64,000 nt of DNA from Azolla caroliniana (Eukaryota > Plantae > Polypodiophyta), in contig JBHGNT010000001.1 in assembly GCA_043228905.1 (NCBI GenBank), forward strand, positions 32,240,001-32,304,000, written 5' to 3'. Position numbers and translations under genes: made by a program. Numbering within the stretch: position 1 is the first letter of the stretch; each line of letters starts with the position of its first letter. Below the pieces are notes generated by a model. It was not told the DNA's origin and did no database searches. It saw nothing but the letters and a program-made list of their open reading frames with translations. Shown here piece after piece: positions 47,114-60,504 of the stretch.

Positions 47114-47875
47114 CTCGCTCTGTCTCTGTCACTCTGTCTCAGATTACTGGTATGATCAGTAATCAGCAAACTGTAAAGGTAGGAAATGTCACTTGGAACA
47201 TGATGGCACTAGCAAGTAAGTGAGTAATTAAGTAAGTAGCAAACATATGTATATGTAATGTAATGTATATGGGCTGGAATGGGATGGATATGTAAAATAA
47301 GTAAGTGCGGAAGCTCCGAGAAATTTTCGGTTTCCTTCACATGCTCCAATAGTGCAAAATGCCATGTGATGGGCGGGATCTCGTCGAATCTTGTGTCGTG
47401 TTAAATGACAAACATAGACTTCTTCTAGACATCTGTACTGTGGAGTTTTTATAGTCAAAATGGGATAATCTGCGCTAAAGTGCCCATGTGAAAGTATTGT
47501 CTCAAGCGCTCGGAAAATTAGGGCAGTATTTATGTATTCGCATGTGTTAACACGATATAGTGTGTAGTAGTGGTAGTAGTAGTAGTAGTAGTAGTGTGCT
47601 TTACTAGATAGATGGTGCAAGTTTGAGTTTCAGGAATGGGTTTTGCCTTCTATGAGGTCATGAAAAATGATAAATCAAGCATTCTATGCCTAAAAAATGG
47701 CTTTACGACATCGATATTGGCAGATATACCACAAAAAGTACAATAAACAATGGCATTGCTTATTGATTACTAACTAATTTCAGTCAGATTTTGATGGTAT
47801 TAATACGAATATCAATGTCATATAGCTTGATACATATATATAACTTATAAGGTGTAAGGTCAATTTCATAAATAA

Positions 47876-49804
47876 TGTAAAGAAGCAAGAAGTGTTGCGG
47901 AAGGTGTGTGTACGTGTGCGTGTGCGTGTGTGTGTAAGAGAGAGAGAGAGAGAGTTGAGGATGAACAATCGGCCTTCTCTTCGTCCATAAGTGATAATTT
48001 GACCTTCCTTTTCGATGAAGCATCCTCCATCATTGAACTGAAGTTGCATGCCTTGTTCCACAATCTAGCCGACGGAGACCATATTCTTCGTTATTGGTTG
48101 GAACATGCAAGACATTCTTGATGTAGGTCTGATTGCCCTCTTCGCCAAAAGGGACATTTCCAACATGTTGGATGGGGTGGATTGTGTCATCCCCTATTTC
48201 CATATAGCTGGGTTGTTTGGGTTTTCGCAATTCTTGGAACCAATCTTTATGAGACATCATATGATTGGATGCACCCGAGTCAACAAACCATACATTTTCC
48301 GAGTTGGGCACAATGTTGTCATCGAATTCGCTCTATGTCGCATCATGAACATTCCACCACCATCGTCGTAGTCGGAATTTGAGGCATAGTTACTAAGTTG
48401 TCAGCTTGTGAAGGTCGACTCACTCTTCTTCTTCCAACACTTTGCCTCGTGATGGTCGAATTTACCACAATATCCGCATTGGACGGAGATTGTTGTTTTG
48501 TCAATTGGGTTCAGCATGATTGCTCCCCCTTCTTCCAGACGTTACCTTTGCGTGTTTGCAACGTCTTGCTGGTAGTAGAAGTTTTGTTCGCGGGGTTGTT
48601 CTTGGTTGTGACGGCCTTGACTGAATTGGCTTCTTCTTCCACGACTTTGTCCCCTTCCTCCACCCAAGTTCAAATAGAGCATGTGTCCTTCTTGCACATT
48701 GCTCCTCGTTTGGACGTGATTTTCTTCGACCAATAGCATCGATTGGAGGTCAAAGAATGAGGGAGGATTCTCCCTTGTGAGGACAACCGACCTTATTGCG
48801 CTGAACCGAGGTGGTAGGGCACCGAGGCATATCGGCACCATTTCATCGTGGTCAATGTTGGCATTTATCGACTCGAGGGAGTCGCACAGCTCCTTGATCT
48901 TCAAGGTATAGTTGTCAATTGACATATCCCTCTGTTGTATGTCGTTCAAGTCTTGGCGGAGTTGAAGCTTTCATGCGGTTGTGTTGGCAGTGAATATCTT
49001 TTTGAGGTTCCCCCACGCCTCTATTGACGTTTTGGCCTCTTAGATATATCCAAGCATATGATCATGAACGCATGATGTAAGGCAATACAACACGCGACTC
49101 GCCGCTTGCTCTCAGACTGGGTGGTCGGCATGTGTCGGGTTGGGTTGATTCTCTTCTGCTCCCTCAATATAACCCCAATAGCCTTGCTCGACAAGGTATT
49201 GGTGCATCTTGTATTCCCAAAATTTGAATTTGTTTCTATCGAGTTTCTCGGTGGGAAGAGCACTTCCCATCTGAGTATTCATGTTGATCAATTTGTATGG
49301 TGCAAGTTTTCTTCTTCTTCTCTTGATACGTGTTGTGCATGTTGCTGCTACAACGATCGTCCGGTTCTTCGTGAACGTGGGCTTAGACACAACACACGTG
49401 GATGAAATTGGATCAAGCTACGCAATGCTCTGATACCATGTAAAGAATCAGGAGTGATTATGTGTAGCGGAAGGTGTGTGTATACGTGTGTGTAAGAGAG
49501 AGAGAGAGAGAGAGAGCACATAGTTATACAGAAAACCAGAAAACTATATTAACAACAGAAATAAGATCACCAACAATTATAAAGAGAAGGGGAAGGTGCT
49601 TATGTAGTCACCTTCTCTCTATGTTCGCTCATTACAACCACCACTTGCAAGAGAGGTGGAGACTTAACTATCAACTACATATGTGTCATAGAACCTTAAA
49701 GTTCTATGACACGATAGTTACTATACTAGGAGGTGGGGTGTTCACAAACTTGAATATATTAAGGTGTGTTCCCACACTAGGGAAGTTGAGTTTGATTCTC
49801 AACA
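47876..49804 (-). mobile_element. Degenerate, internally deleted Ty1/copia element
   Basis: 5' LTR 49439-49804, PBS-iMet 49427-49438, broken gag, knuckle and protease (WFVDSGASNHM) up to GRREGRLFIL; 3' LTR stub 47876-47953; TSD AATAA (47871-47875, 49805-49809). Confidence 0.9.
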
Positions 49805-49817
49805 AATAATAAATCAA

Positions 49818-49951
49818 GGAAATTGGTAAATTCACAGTTTTTTCCGTATTTTCACAGTTTTATTTTTTTAGTTCAGAAATATGATTATTTGCACCCATCC
49901 CCCCAAAAAAACTGTGAAAATACGGAAAAAACTGTGAATTTACCAATTTCC
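49818..49951. mobile_element. Small MITE (134 bp) with ~43-bp TIRs
   Basis: GGAAATTGGTAAATTCACAGTTTTTTCCGTATTTTCACAGTTT and its reverse complement; 8-bp TSD TAAATCAA (49810-49817, 49952-49959). Confidence 0.9.
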
Positions 49952-52900
49952 TAAATCAATTATTTGACAAATAACGTGATTCACATTATACATATGTATG
50001 TTGTAAAGAATTTGCATGAGTAAATATGAAATATATATTATCTTACTTATCATAATCGAGATTCGAGGCTTGTTCATTTCACCACATTTAATTCAGAGAA
50101 GATGAAAACTACCCTATAAGTTAATGAGAAGAAAATGGGTCTAATATAAATAAATAAAGTGCATCGTTGAGTAATATTGTTTATAAAGTACACTTTACGT
50201 TTATTTGTTTACTAATGAATTGCTTATGGCAATCAATAATCCACATTAGATATCACCCCAATTATAATGGCAAATGATCATCACATGTATGAATGATGAC
50301 AATTAACAAACTCATTAAGTCGTTGATGTTTATATAACCATATCGCCAAATACATCTTAAAATATAGGCAACGCTTCTAGCAATTGTCAGTTATACATTA
50401 GTCGTGTTTATTCTGAGTGGAGAGTCTTAGATTGAGGTTGCATTAAGTGCCAATGTCAAAACAGGTTTTCGATTTTTCCAATAAAGATGTTTTAAGTGAC
50501 AACCAAATGAAAATAAAAGATAATTGATGAACTAATTTTACATTCACATCCATGTATAGTTACAATTTTTTGTCCAAAAAAATAACTAGCTAAACTGATG
50601 ATCATGACTCATACAAAGAAATTAAAAATAAGCTTAGAAAGTTTGATTATGTACATTATATGTTTTTAAACATATAGGTCATGAGATCTAAATTGTGATG
50701 TGTAATGCTAGTGTATGAGTAGACTGATGTACATGTACTGGTTGACAATAGCAAACTCAACAGATATTGAGTTGGCTCATAGGTATGCTGATCTTTAACC
50801 CTAAAATTGGTCCTATTGAGAATAATATGCAAGCTTCAAAGGTATTTATTTTCCATTCTTAAGAAATATAAAGACTCGATAGTTTGTAAAGCCTGTTTAT
50901 TATTTGAACCTCATGATAACAAAGCATGTTGTTATATTTACAACAATATGATAATACAGTATCTTACGCACCCCTTTTCTTGTGTCTCTCTATTATTTTC
51001 CATGAATACAATACATTTAAGCATATGAACTAGTAATTTATATTGCCCTAATGTTAATGAAGGATGCCCTAAAGCTATCACATGAAAAGGTGTTATGTAT
51101 ATTGTCAAGTTGATCTTTTTTTGGCACACTTCACGACAAATAAGTGTGACCGTTTTTTACAATTACTCATGTTTAGAAGTTGGAATATGTATTTACATTA
51201 TCCATTGCATGTATGAAGTTGTTCTTATGATGGCATGCATCTTTATCATATCAAACAATCAATCAATATCTCTTTTCCATCATATCATGGTAATTTTCAT
51301 TATTGCCATGTTACTGGTTTACTATGTTTAGTTCAAATTCAAAGATGGGCTCGTTACCTAAATACACTCAAGATCGGTTAACATTTCATAGTTCATGCCG
51401 GCCATTGACCTTTGAATATGACCATTGACCTTTATGTATTTGTGTCTCTCCTTCTCAAGCAATCGTAGAGTTCAAAAGGTACAAAAATTATAACTTGTCG
51501 AAGACCTCACAAGAAAGAAGGTAGACCCCCAAAAAGAGAATTATTGCAAGGATTTCTTGGTTGGTAGATCGAGGAAGCAAGGCTATCAATTTTAAAGTTT
51601 CAGACTTGAATGATGACAAATATCCTCTCAAAGCCTATTTCGTTTTGCTTTCCAAGGTAATGGAGTGGATATCACCTTTAGTAACAATAAGACGTAAGAC
51701 TTTCCACTTATACCGCCTTTGTCCTTTATGGAGAAAGGATTGCATACAAAATGTTTTCTCGGTCCCATGGGTCTTTGTTGGCCTCCCATGGACCTTAATA
51801 TATCAACATTTTTGTCTATTTATCGTAAAAAAGTATTATATCTCTTTCTCTCTCTCCAATTCATATGTTGTATAAACATCTCTCTAGCACATGACCTTTG
51901 AAACTATTATTATGTAGAGGATCTTTGCTAGTAAGCAATGTGGATGCTTTGTAAAGAAACATTGATGTCAAAGGGATCATCATATGAACCAAGAGGATCG
52001 ACAAATATAATTGTGATCAATATAATGCAACCGATTCATTACACTCTTCCATAACAAAAGCATCTATAATACTTATATATATATATATATGATCAATTTT
52101 TCATGTCATGTTTTGCCAAGTCTTAATAATATCAAAGCCCCATTTTCTAAATCTTACCTTATGAAATTCTAAACCAGAATTACGCAATTCTTCAACATTA
52201 TAGAGACATGGTCACTTGAACATTAGAGCGTGTATTGACCTAAAAAGAGAGAAATATTGTATTGTATTTGTTTCAATGTGCCTAAAATGGAAGGGAGTGT
52301 AGGCTTATCACATGATTAGCCATCATTTATACAGAGAAAAAGAAGGCGCATTTAGAGTACAGGAACAAGAAGGAAACAAAATATAATGATCGAGTTTTAA
52401 GTATAAGAAAAAGAACTTTTGTCAATATCAGATTTAGCCCTTTTCATTATGCACATGATAGGAACGAAAAAAGGTAATGATTAGATTTTTAAGTGCCCAA
52501 ACCAACTTCTTCTTCTTTTTTATCACATCGAGAACTCTCTTACTACGTGATTGGCTTCACACAGTCTTGTCTCGTCGAAAGAAGACATGTTATGTTGCCA
52601 TTGAGTGGAAGTACCATAAGGCAACATGATATAGCACATGGTAAAAAATCAAAAGAGAGAAAAAAAAACCCAACAAAGGCAATTATCAAAATTTGTATAA
52701 ATGTCTAGAAAGCAAAGGGGCCAACAAAAAAGGCACTGAGGGGAGGAAAAGTGTAGACCTAAAGGAGCATGGTTATGAGGGAATTGCCAATTTGCCATGG
52801 CTTGTTATTAAGAAAAAAGCCACAAGCAATGGATGGGTATCATTAAAAAAATCTAACTAGCCCACCCCCCCCCCCCCCCCCCCTAGGGTTGTAGGTGGGA

Positions 52901-53787
52901 GAAGGAAAGAAGAGTAAAGTTAAAAACAGATGAAGAAGGGGGAGGAGATGAAGAAAAACTAATAGAGATGTCATGCAAAATGATAATTTGGATAGGGAAA
53001 CCAACAACAAGGGAAAGTGTGTGTATGTGTATGTGTATGTATGTATGTATTAGTATGTATGTATGATGATTGTTTTGTGGTGATGTCACATATGGATGTG
53101 ATGAATGGGGGGTGGGCCATGTATGCATTTGGGGGAAGGGGAAGGGGAAGGGAGTTTTACACATGATGTTAGGAAGAACACTAATTAAGATGGCATTAAT
53201 TTGTGAACTTTACATTATCAAAAACCCAAAAGAAAAATAAAACAAGGATTAAATGTGGATGGATGATTATGCTTTTATGATAAATGGTATGACATGCATG
53301 TGGGTGGGGTGGAGTTGGTGAATACTAGATGGATGGGGTTATAAGGTCCCCATCATGATGCTATGCATCCATATAATTCCATGGCATTAGACATCGTCCC
53401 ATCTGGCCACTGAATGGGGGGGGGGGGGGTGGGGTGGATAGGGACTCATATCATGATAATATTCATGGAATATGGTGGATTTTATGCATTTCATTGAGGG
53501 GGAAGGGGGATGGCATGGATGTAGGTGGTGCTGTATATGGCATGAGGGTATGCTGGTATGCTTATAAAGAAGATGGCGATGAGGAAGGAGTTAGATTGAT
53601 CGTCGATGCACACGGAACATACATACCCTTGCATCGATGTCAAAATATGTCCGAGAGAGCATGCTCGAACGAAATAATGCGACCGAAATATTCACTTGTG
53701 TGATTACGGCATGCGAGAGACCATCTAATATGTAGCATGTAAAGAGGTTGGCATTGTGCCTAACAAAATCCATGATCCATCCCATAT

Positions 53788-53926
53788 TGATGATAATGTT
53801 GTTGTTGTTGATGATGATGCTAAATGGTAATGGTAATGTTGATTGGTAATGATGATGATGATGATGATGATAATGGTAATGATGATGATGATGGTAATTG
53901 TGATGGTGATGATGATGATAATGATG
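53788..53926. repeat. Imperfect (GAT/AAT)n microsatellite in the HAM 3' UTR
   Basis: Runs of GATGATGAT and GGTAAT. Confidence 0.85.
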
Positions 53927-53945
53927 AGTGTGAGATCATAGCTAG

Positions 53946-56900
53946 CTAGACCCATGCAGATGCAGAGATGAGGGGTTTATTGTACCATCCTAGCACAAGC
54001 CTTTCTTGTTGTTTTGTGAAGTTGAACCCTGAATTCTTTACTAGGCATGAAGCTTGGCTCTCTGCTGCATTGCTGAAATGCAATGGGGAAAACCCGGCTT
54101 TCTGTAGAAGCATACGGCACAGCGGCGGCGGCGCTGATGTAACATTCGGCAGCCGAGAACGGTAATTGCCACCATGACCATCACCTCCTCCTGCTCCCAC
54201 CTGGTTCCGTGAGCAGAAATTTATATAAGCTTTTGTGGTGTCCGCTATCTCGGGCCCAAAGATCATGCTCTCGATGTTGTGGACGGCCTCGGGCATGACA
54301 TGCTTCCCCGACTCGTGCAGAGACTCGAATACGCACGCGTAGAATTGTAGCGATTCTAGGAGAGCCTCGGACCCCGCAGTCTCGCTCTCCGCTAACACAA
54401 CCACCCTCGGCTTGAGCCTCCTTATGCATTGCAAAATCTCTGATAGCATTGTCTCGGAGGACGCCAGGTCATTGAGTCCGCCCATCATCCTGGCGGCCGA
54501 GCCGTAGCCAAAATTCACTACGACTGCCCCGGCCGCCTCTGACTTCGTAAGTCCTTGGAATTTCCCTAAGGGTATGGCATCCACTTGCAGATTCAAACCC
54601 ACCTCATTCGCGAACTGAAGGAGATTCTCTTTGGCTAATTGAATCTCCAATGCGTCGTTATCTTGATTTGATTCGTCCGTATCTGCTGCTGCCGTGGTCC
54701 GTATATCGTTGACGATGGTCGTTATCTTGAGCTCAGAGCTACGGCCAGATTTAATGCTCCGTTGCGCAAATTCTTGCATGAATGAGGCCCATTGGCCTCC
54801 TGCGAAGCCGAGCTCGAAATCGATGACATGAACACGATCGTCCCCATCGGCTAACGCGTCCAAGATGGCTTGATTCGCAGTGAAATGGGCAAACTGTGGA
54901 ATGAGAGATGTGTCGAAGAAGCTCTTGTAAGCACTCATCTTGTTGATGATGTGATCCATAGAATTGCTTACCGGAGGAATCGCAGACGATGCACCCAGTA
55001 ATCGCTTGGCGAAAGCTTCCTTGAAATGGAAGATCGCACGATGGGACGGTAAATAGTGTTGCCCTAATTTGGGATTAATGCTGTTATATTCACTGCTCCT
55101 TGTGGGAGAGCAAATAATGCTGTTGGTTTGTTGATTGAGCCGCGCCAATATCGCTTGTGCTGTTACAAGGTCCCCTTGACCTGCTGCTTGGGCAGCCAAA
55201 GACAGGTGGTGCTCGGCGAGAGAGAGCTCGTCGAGACGCACACGACGCCCCACGATGATATTATGTCCACCATGTGGCGCCGGTCTATGGCCAGGATGAA
55301 CATTCATATGGCCAATATGGCCGACCTTATTCATCATTGACGCAGAGGGGTCATTAAGTGGCCTACTAGTGATATTACCACCACGTTCCACTACGTTTGG
55401 CGGCCATGGGTGCTTAATTGGCATGTCCGACCTAAAATTACCTGATGGGCCTAACTGACTATAATGATCAGTGGGTGCGAATTTGTGTGAAGAACAAGAA
55501 GATGACGAGGAAGGGAGGATGGGGAAAGGGGGGTTTGGATCCATAAGGTTCCGTGGGATCAATTGTCCGCCATATAAGCCGGGCTTCGCATCGAATGCCG
55601 GAGGTGTGATGAGGTTACAGGGCGGCGGGCTGAAAGGACGAACCGATGGGCGGGTCGAGTTGTACGGGCCCGTAGTGAATTCATGAGGTTGCGATGAAGA
55701 AAGATGTGGTTGAGGATGGCGTTGGGAATGGTGGGGGGCAGGAGGTTGAGGATTATAATTTGTTATTCCCCTTGTAGTGGCGGCTGAGATCGAGCTACTG
55801 CCGCCACTCACTCCTCCTCGGCTGCCGCTTCTATACAAGGCCTGCATAGCTTCATAAAGATCGAGTTGCGCTGCCCCGCCCGCGTTGTTTGGTGCACTCG
55901 TGGTGTTGCGGGCAGCCGGAGTGCTAGATATAGCTATGGGCACCGCAGGATCACCATGATTACTCACAAGCTGCTTCGGATGATGCTCTTGAGGTGGAGG
56001 AAGCCATGAATTGTTAAGTAGTTCTGATGACAGATACTCAGGCGCAGCCGCTGCTGTGCCTATGAAAATCTCGTCTAAATCATCGACCAATTGGGCACCA
56101 CCCGCCACTAATTTCTGATCAGCTTGCAACACCTGAGGATTATACAATTCATTGTTCCAATCCGAGGCGCCAAGCTGCCATTGAAGCGCCGGCCCGACAT
56201 TGCCTTCGGACAATTTCTCGTGCGCTGTTGCCTGTGAGTAATGGTTGCCGCCGCCTTTGGCCGGCCTAGTGTGAACAACTTCACCTAAGATGTTTTCCTC
56301 CTCCTCTCCGCCGCGATCTCGCTTCCGAATCCTGCTATAGTTATAACTACTAGACATCACACACGCCTCCAAGCTCCCATCTGCCACTACATGATCAGCA
56401 GCATCACCACTTACGGCCACAAATTCATCCTTGCCCACGATGTTCACATGTTTCTTGACAGCATTAAACCCTGGTTCCATCCCGACCCACGGCCCGCGGC
56501 GCATCGAAGTGTCGACATGTTGCCAGGTAGCGCCGGCGATGGTTTCGCAGTTGTCCGCAGCCGGCTGGAACCCGTCCCCGATGATGCCGCTGCCCCCACT
56601 ACCTCTGATACCATTGACATGGTCATCGGTTGGCCGCCCCTCGACAGCCACAGCTGACGATACTCCACTCTGAAGATCAATGGGCGATATAAAAGATCCC
56701 GACCCACTACTAGTAGATGTAATTTTAGTAGTAGTAGAAGAAGGAGGAGGAGAACCTGAAGCAGTAGAAGAGATTAGAGTCGATGAGTGCGTCGATGATG
56801 TGGAGCTGGAGCTCGGGCTCGGGCTCGGGCTACCGACGATTATATTATAATTATCGAGGACTGAGGTTGGCTCGAGAAGAGATTCGGGCCAACCGAATTT

Positions 56901-57035
56901 GTGGATGGATGTCGGCGGCTCAATCTTTGGGCCGGCCGAGCGATCGGTGGCAGGGGAGATCAGGGCAGGCGTGAGATGGTTGCTCCTCCGATGACTATAT
57001 GCATTCGCGGGTGCGCTGCCGAGCATCCCGATCAT
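53946..57035 (-). CDS. HAM: GRAS transcription regulator of the HAM/SCL6 (HAIRY MERISTEM) subfamily, intronless
   Basis: N-terminal EPTSVLD motif, AQAILARLNQ (miR171 site), QFAHFTANQAIL, VHVIDF, GQWASFMQE and C-terminal LISASAW. Confidence 0.95.
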   Translation of the reverse strand: MIGMLGSAPANAYSHRRSNHLTPALISPATDRSAGPKIEPPTSIHKFGWPESLLEPTSVLDNYNIIVGSPSPSPSSSSTSSTHSSTLISSTASGSPPPSSTTTKITSTSSGSGSFISPIDLQSGVSSAVAVEGRPTDDHVNGIRGSGGSGIIGDGFQPAADNCETIAGATWQHVDTSMRRGPWVGMEPGFNAVKKHVNIVGKDEFVAVSGDAADHVVADGSLEACVMSSSYNYSRIRKRDRGGEEEENILGEVVHTRPAKGGGNHYSQATAHEKLSEGNVGPALQWQLGASDWNNELYNPQVLQADQKLVAGGAQLVDDLDEIFIGTAAAAPEYLSSELLNNSWLPPPQEHHPKQLVSNHGDPAVPIAISSTPAARNTTSAPNNAGGAAQLDLYEAMQALYRSGSRGGVSGGSSSISAATTRGITNYNPQPPAPHHSQRHPQPHLSSSQPHEFTTGPYNSTRPSVRPFSPPPCNLITPPAFDAKPGLYGGQLIPRNLMDPNPPFPILPSSSSSCSSHKFAPTDHYSQLGPSGNFRSDMPIKHPWPPNVVERGGNITSRPLNDPSASMMNKVGHIGHMNVHPGHRPAPHGGHNIIVGRRVRLDELSLAEHHLSLAAQAAGQGDLVTAQAILARLNQQTNSIICSPTRSSEYNSINPKLGQHYLPSHRAIFHFKEAFAKRLLGASSAIPPVSNSMDHIINKMSAYKSFFDTSLIPQFAHFTANQAILDALADGDDRVHVIDFELGFAGGQWASFMQEFAQRSIKSGRSSELKITTIVNDIRTTAAADTDESNQDNDALEIQLAKENLLQFANEVGLNLQVDAIPLGKFQGLTKSEAAGAVVVNFGYGSAARMMGGLNDLASSETMLSEILQCIRRLKPRVVVLAESETAGSEALLESLQFYACVFESLHESGKHVMPEAVHNIESMIFGPEIADTTKAYINFCSRNQVGAGGGDGHGGNYRSRLPNVTSAPPPLCRMLLQKAGFSPLHFSNAAESQASCLVKNSGFNFTKQQERLVLGWYNKPLISASAWV
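55132..55152 (-). promoter_or_regulatory. miR171 target site in the HAM coding sequence
   Basis: Plus strand TGATTGAGCCGCGCCAATATC equals canonical miR171, so the mRNA is perfectly complementary over 21 nt. Confidence 0.97.
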
Positions 57036-57219
57036 CAGAGAGACAAAGAGATGAATGGGAAAGGCTGGAGATAAGATTTTTGGGGGGGGCTCTGAGGAGA
57101 TTTGGGCTGGTAATTAGGACAGAGCGGGCGGCAAATTTGGAGGGATTAATTAAGGAGTAGGGTTGTGTGCAACATTTATTCAGATTCTAAGTGGATGGAA
57201 TTTGGATTTGGAGTTTGGA

Positions 57220-57253
<34 letters not shown>

Positions 57254-57527
57254 AGGGCTCATGAGCCTAATTCCTGCTATTGAAGATTACTATGCATTAT
57301 GATGGGTGATTATTGTTGGTGCTGCCTTTCCATTTTCTGAAAAGCGGCCTCGTTCTGTCTTGTCTCTACAGAAAACGGGAGACAAAGATGTGTGTGTGTG
57401 CTCGGATCCATGGATAGAAAAGCAAAAAGCAGCAGAGTGGTGTGAACAGCCCCCCACCACCCACAGCAGCAGCAGAGAAAAAAAGCAAAAAATCGACTCT
57501 CTCTTTCTTCACTTTCTGCTCTCTTCA

Positions 57528-57564
<37 letters not shown>

Positions 57565-58827
57565 TCTTTCTTTCTTTTCTGGCTGTCCCCTCTGTGTGTG
57601 TGTGTACAGAGTGTTTTTGTTTTCCTTTTTCTTTTTTCTCAGAAATTCTTTCTCTCTCTCTTTTCTGTGGGTCGCACGTGAGCAAAATTTAGGGCCTTCG
57701 TGTTCTTATTAATTTTACTTATTATTATTATTATTATTATCTTTTGGACAGGCAGGCAGCCATTGGCCATATACATACATATACGTTCGCCGGTAACCCA
57801 CCGGCCATTGGCTATGTACATATTGGTGCCGGTAATTCGCAGCAATTCTTTTCTCCGGTTTGTTTTACCGTCAGTAGCCAGTAAATACAAATAAAATCCG
57901 CCTTGTTGTAAATTGGAAAACAAAAATGGGGGAAAAAAGCTACGACTTTTCTCTCACACTATCGCTACATATGTATGTATTTTTGCTTTCCCTGAGGAAA
58001 AGGAAGAAATGACCGGCTTTTAGCCCGTCCGCCCCGGCGAGATTCTCCGAACAGCAGCCCGCTCTCGTCGACCGAATTGGAGTGACGTCAGCGTCGTTTC
58101 ATGAGAGAAGCGCGAGATTATGTATACAGTATAAGGACCGTATGACAGTCCCTTTTTTTTTTGTTTTTGTTTTGGTGGGTCTCGCTTCCCCGATAGGCGG
58201 GGGATGTGTTGGTCATTTTGCTTACCGGGAGCAGCCGGTAAATTCCTTGCCACGTCCACTCAGATTTGCGCCTCGAGATCCGTGAATTCTGTACAGAGCT
58301 CTTTTGTTTTACTACTTTTTTTTCGGGGGGAGGAGACTGGAGCTCTCCGTCTCTGTTTATTTTTATTTTATTTTTGCGTCTCTGCTATTTATTTATTTTT
58401 TGGGTTTGTGTTTGTCGTGGGGTTCACCCTTTTTATTTATTTTATTTATGTTTTTGGCCTGTGCTGGGTGCTTTTGTATGTTTTCTTTTTTTCTTTTTTT
58501 CTTTTTTGCTTTATCGGTTTTTGGGATTTTAGTGTATTTAGGGGGGCGGGGCTGAGCAGCGCAACACCCGCTCCTTTTTCTGCGAGACAGAGAAATAAAA
58601 AATCAATACATTACAATGTTTTCACTAATTGTTTTCTTCTTCTAAAAAGAAGTGTGTGTGTGTGTGTGGGGACCAATGAGGATGTCAGAGACAGAGACAG
58701 AGACACAGAGAGAGAGAGAGAGAGTCTCTATTAATAATATATGCATGACCATCCATCGTTTCTTCAAACATTATTACTTCATGAATCCTCATACAATGTA
58801 TTCATTTATTTTATATCTATGCGCTGC

Positions 58828-58830
58828 GCA

Positions 58831-58882
<52 letters not shown>
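58828..58882. repeat. (CA)n microsatellite
   Basis: Near-perfect CA run. Confidence 0.9.
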
Positions 58883-58883
<1 letters not shown>

Positions 58884-60504
58884 TGGAGCTCCCTATTTCA
58901 ATACTTTAATATAGAGGATGACATGTCACCCTCTCTCATGTCACAGTTCAAATGCCTCTCCTTATCATTCGAAACCCCCGACACACTCGTGGGACATCGT
59001 CTACGTTATTTCTCTTGACAAGACCCCACACCATCGAGGTTTTGTGAGAGTGCGTGTGCGTGTGCGTGTGTGGTAAGGGGGGGTGGGGGGTGTGTCGTGT
59101 TTTCTTAAGCCTATGGATTATTATTGTTATGCATGATTAGTAAATGGGTTGAAGAATATGCATTCGGTAGGAGGAGGAATCGAGGACAATATTCAACCTG
59201 AGTCATTTAGAGATAAATAACTTTCCACATACAAGCAAAATAGGATGAGTAGATGGCCAACCAATGATGCAAGTCCATACCTCTACAGACTGATATTAGA
59301 AAAGGTAGTTAACAAACACCCTTGGTAGTATGTGTTGTCTCAACTTCTTTTAAAAGCCAATATTATTATTCATTTCACTCCTTTTTCGCTTATACAATAT
59401 ATTATTGATATCCATCGGCCCATTTTAAGTACCAACGTCACATAGGACACCCAAGTCTCGCACATATGATACAGTTACTAGCATTGCCTTCAATGCTTAC
59501 TCGTTTCACTGTTGTACTGTTGGAAAGATAGTGAAGATGTCAAGGTTGTATTAAAGTTGTGTTTTCATAAGCAAACTACTAGAATCATGATGTGAAACTA
59601 AAATGGACACAACATCAAACCTCTTGCTCTAGATTGAACCCATGTGCTTGATACTGAACTAAAATCATTTAGGGTTCTTGTAATGAAGGCAAGATGAAAC
59701 ATGATGCTCCAAAGATGATGCCATGCAAATTAGCACAAGCTTCATCACCGAGCAACATTTTCATATTGTATTGAAGTGCATGTTGTCTTGTTAGCATTAC
59801 CTAAAGCCAAATAACAACACCACTAGTTTTTATGATCAACACAACATCAAATGAATTGCATGATACTTGAAACAAAATCTCAATTTTCCAATTTACAAGC
59901 TTTCCCACTTGAACACCACATCTTATATGCACTAACATATTAATACATGAGCAAATGTTTCAAGATCACATCAAAATTCTCAATTTAAAAAGGCCACACT
60001 TTCACATTGTGTTGTAGAAACATTAACAACATTTGAAGTAACAAGTCACACTCACACAATAAAGTCTTCAATGATTTGCGTTGACATACTAGGAACTACA
60101 AATGACATGTAGGATCATTCCACGCTCGTGCACATAATGTGGATTATCTTTTTATTGATTGATCCTTAGTTAACCGAAGAAATTTGGGATACATAGGTCA
60201 TACTCAAGCAACAAAGTTTTTGTTTATCTTGACCATGTGATAGGATTACAATCTAAAACTTAAGTTGTTCTAAGAACTGAGTGGCATAATTCATATTTCC
60301 ATAAATTCCCTCATGAGCGCCCATGTCTATGTTGGGGAAACTCATTATATACTTCATCGCCCAATCAAAGTTTTAGCAAGCAAGAGTTCCTAGCCAACTT
60401 ACGTATATGGCACATGATCATCCAAAACATTGTTTTACATCTACCATCATCTTATAAATTGCTCTTCACGAGGGGGGGGGGGGGGGGGAGGTAAATCACC
60501 AATT

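Noticed and set aside
51480-51830. Possible decayed LINE 3' fragment
   Set aside because: No continuous motif could be read in any frame.
57306-58909. Hydrophobic short ORFs upstream of HAM
   Set aside because: Translations of CT/GT/T-rich microsatellite promoter and leader sequence.
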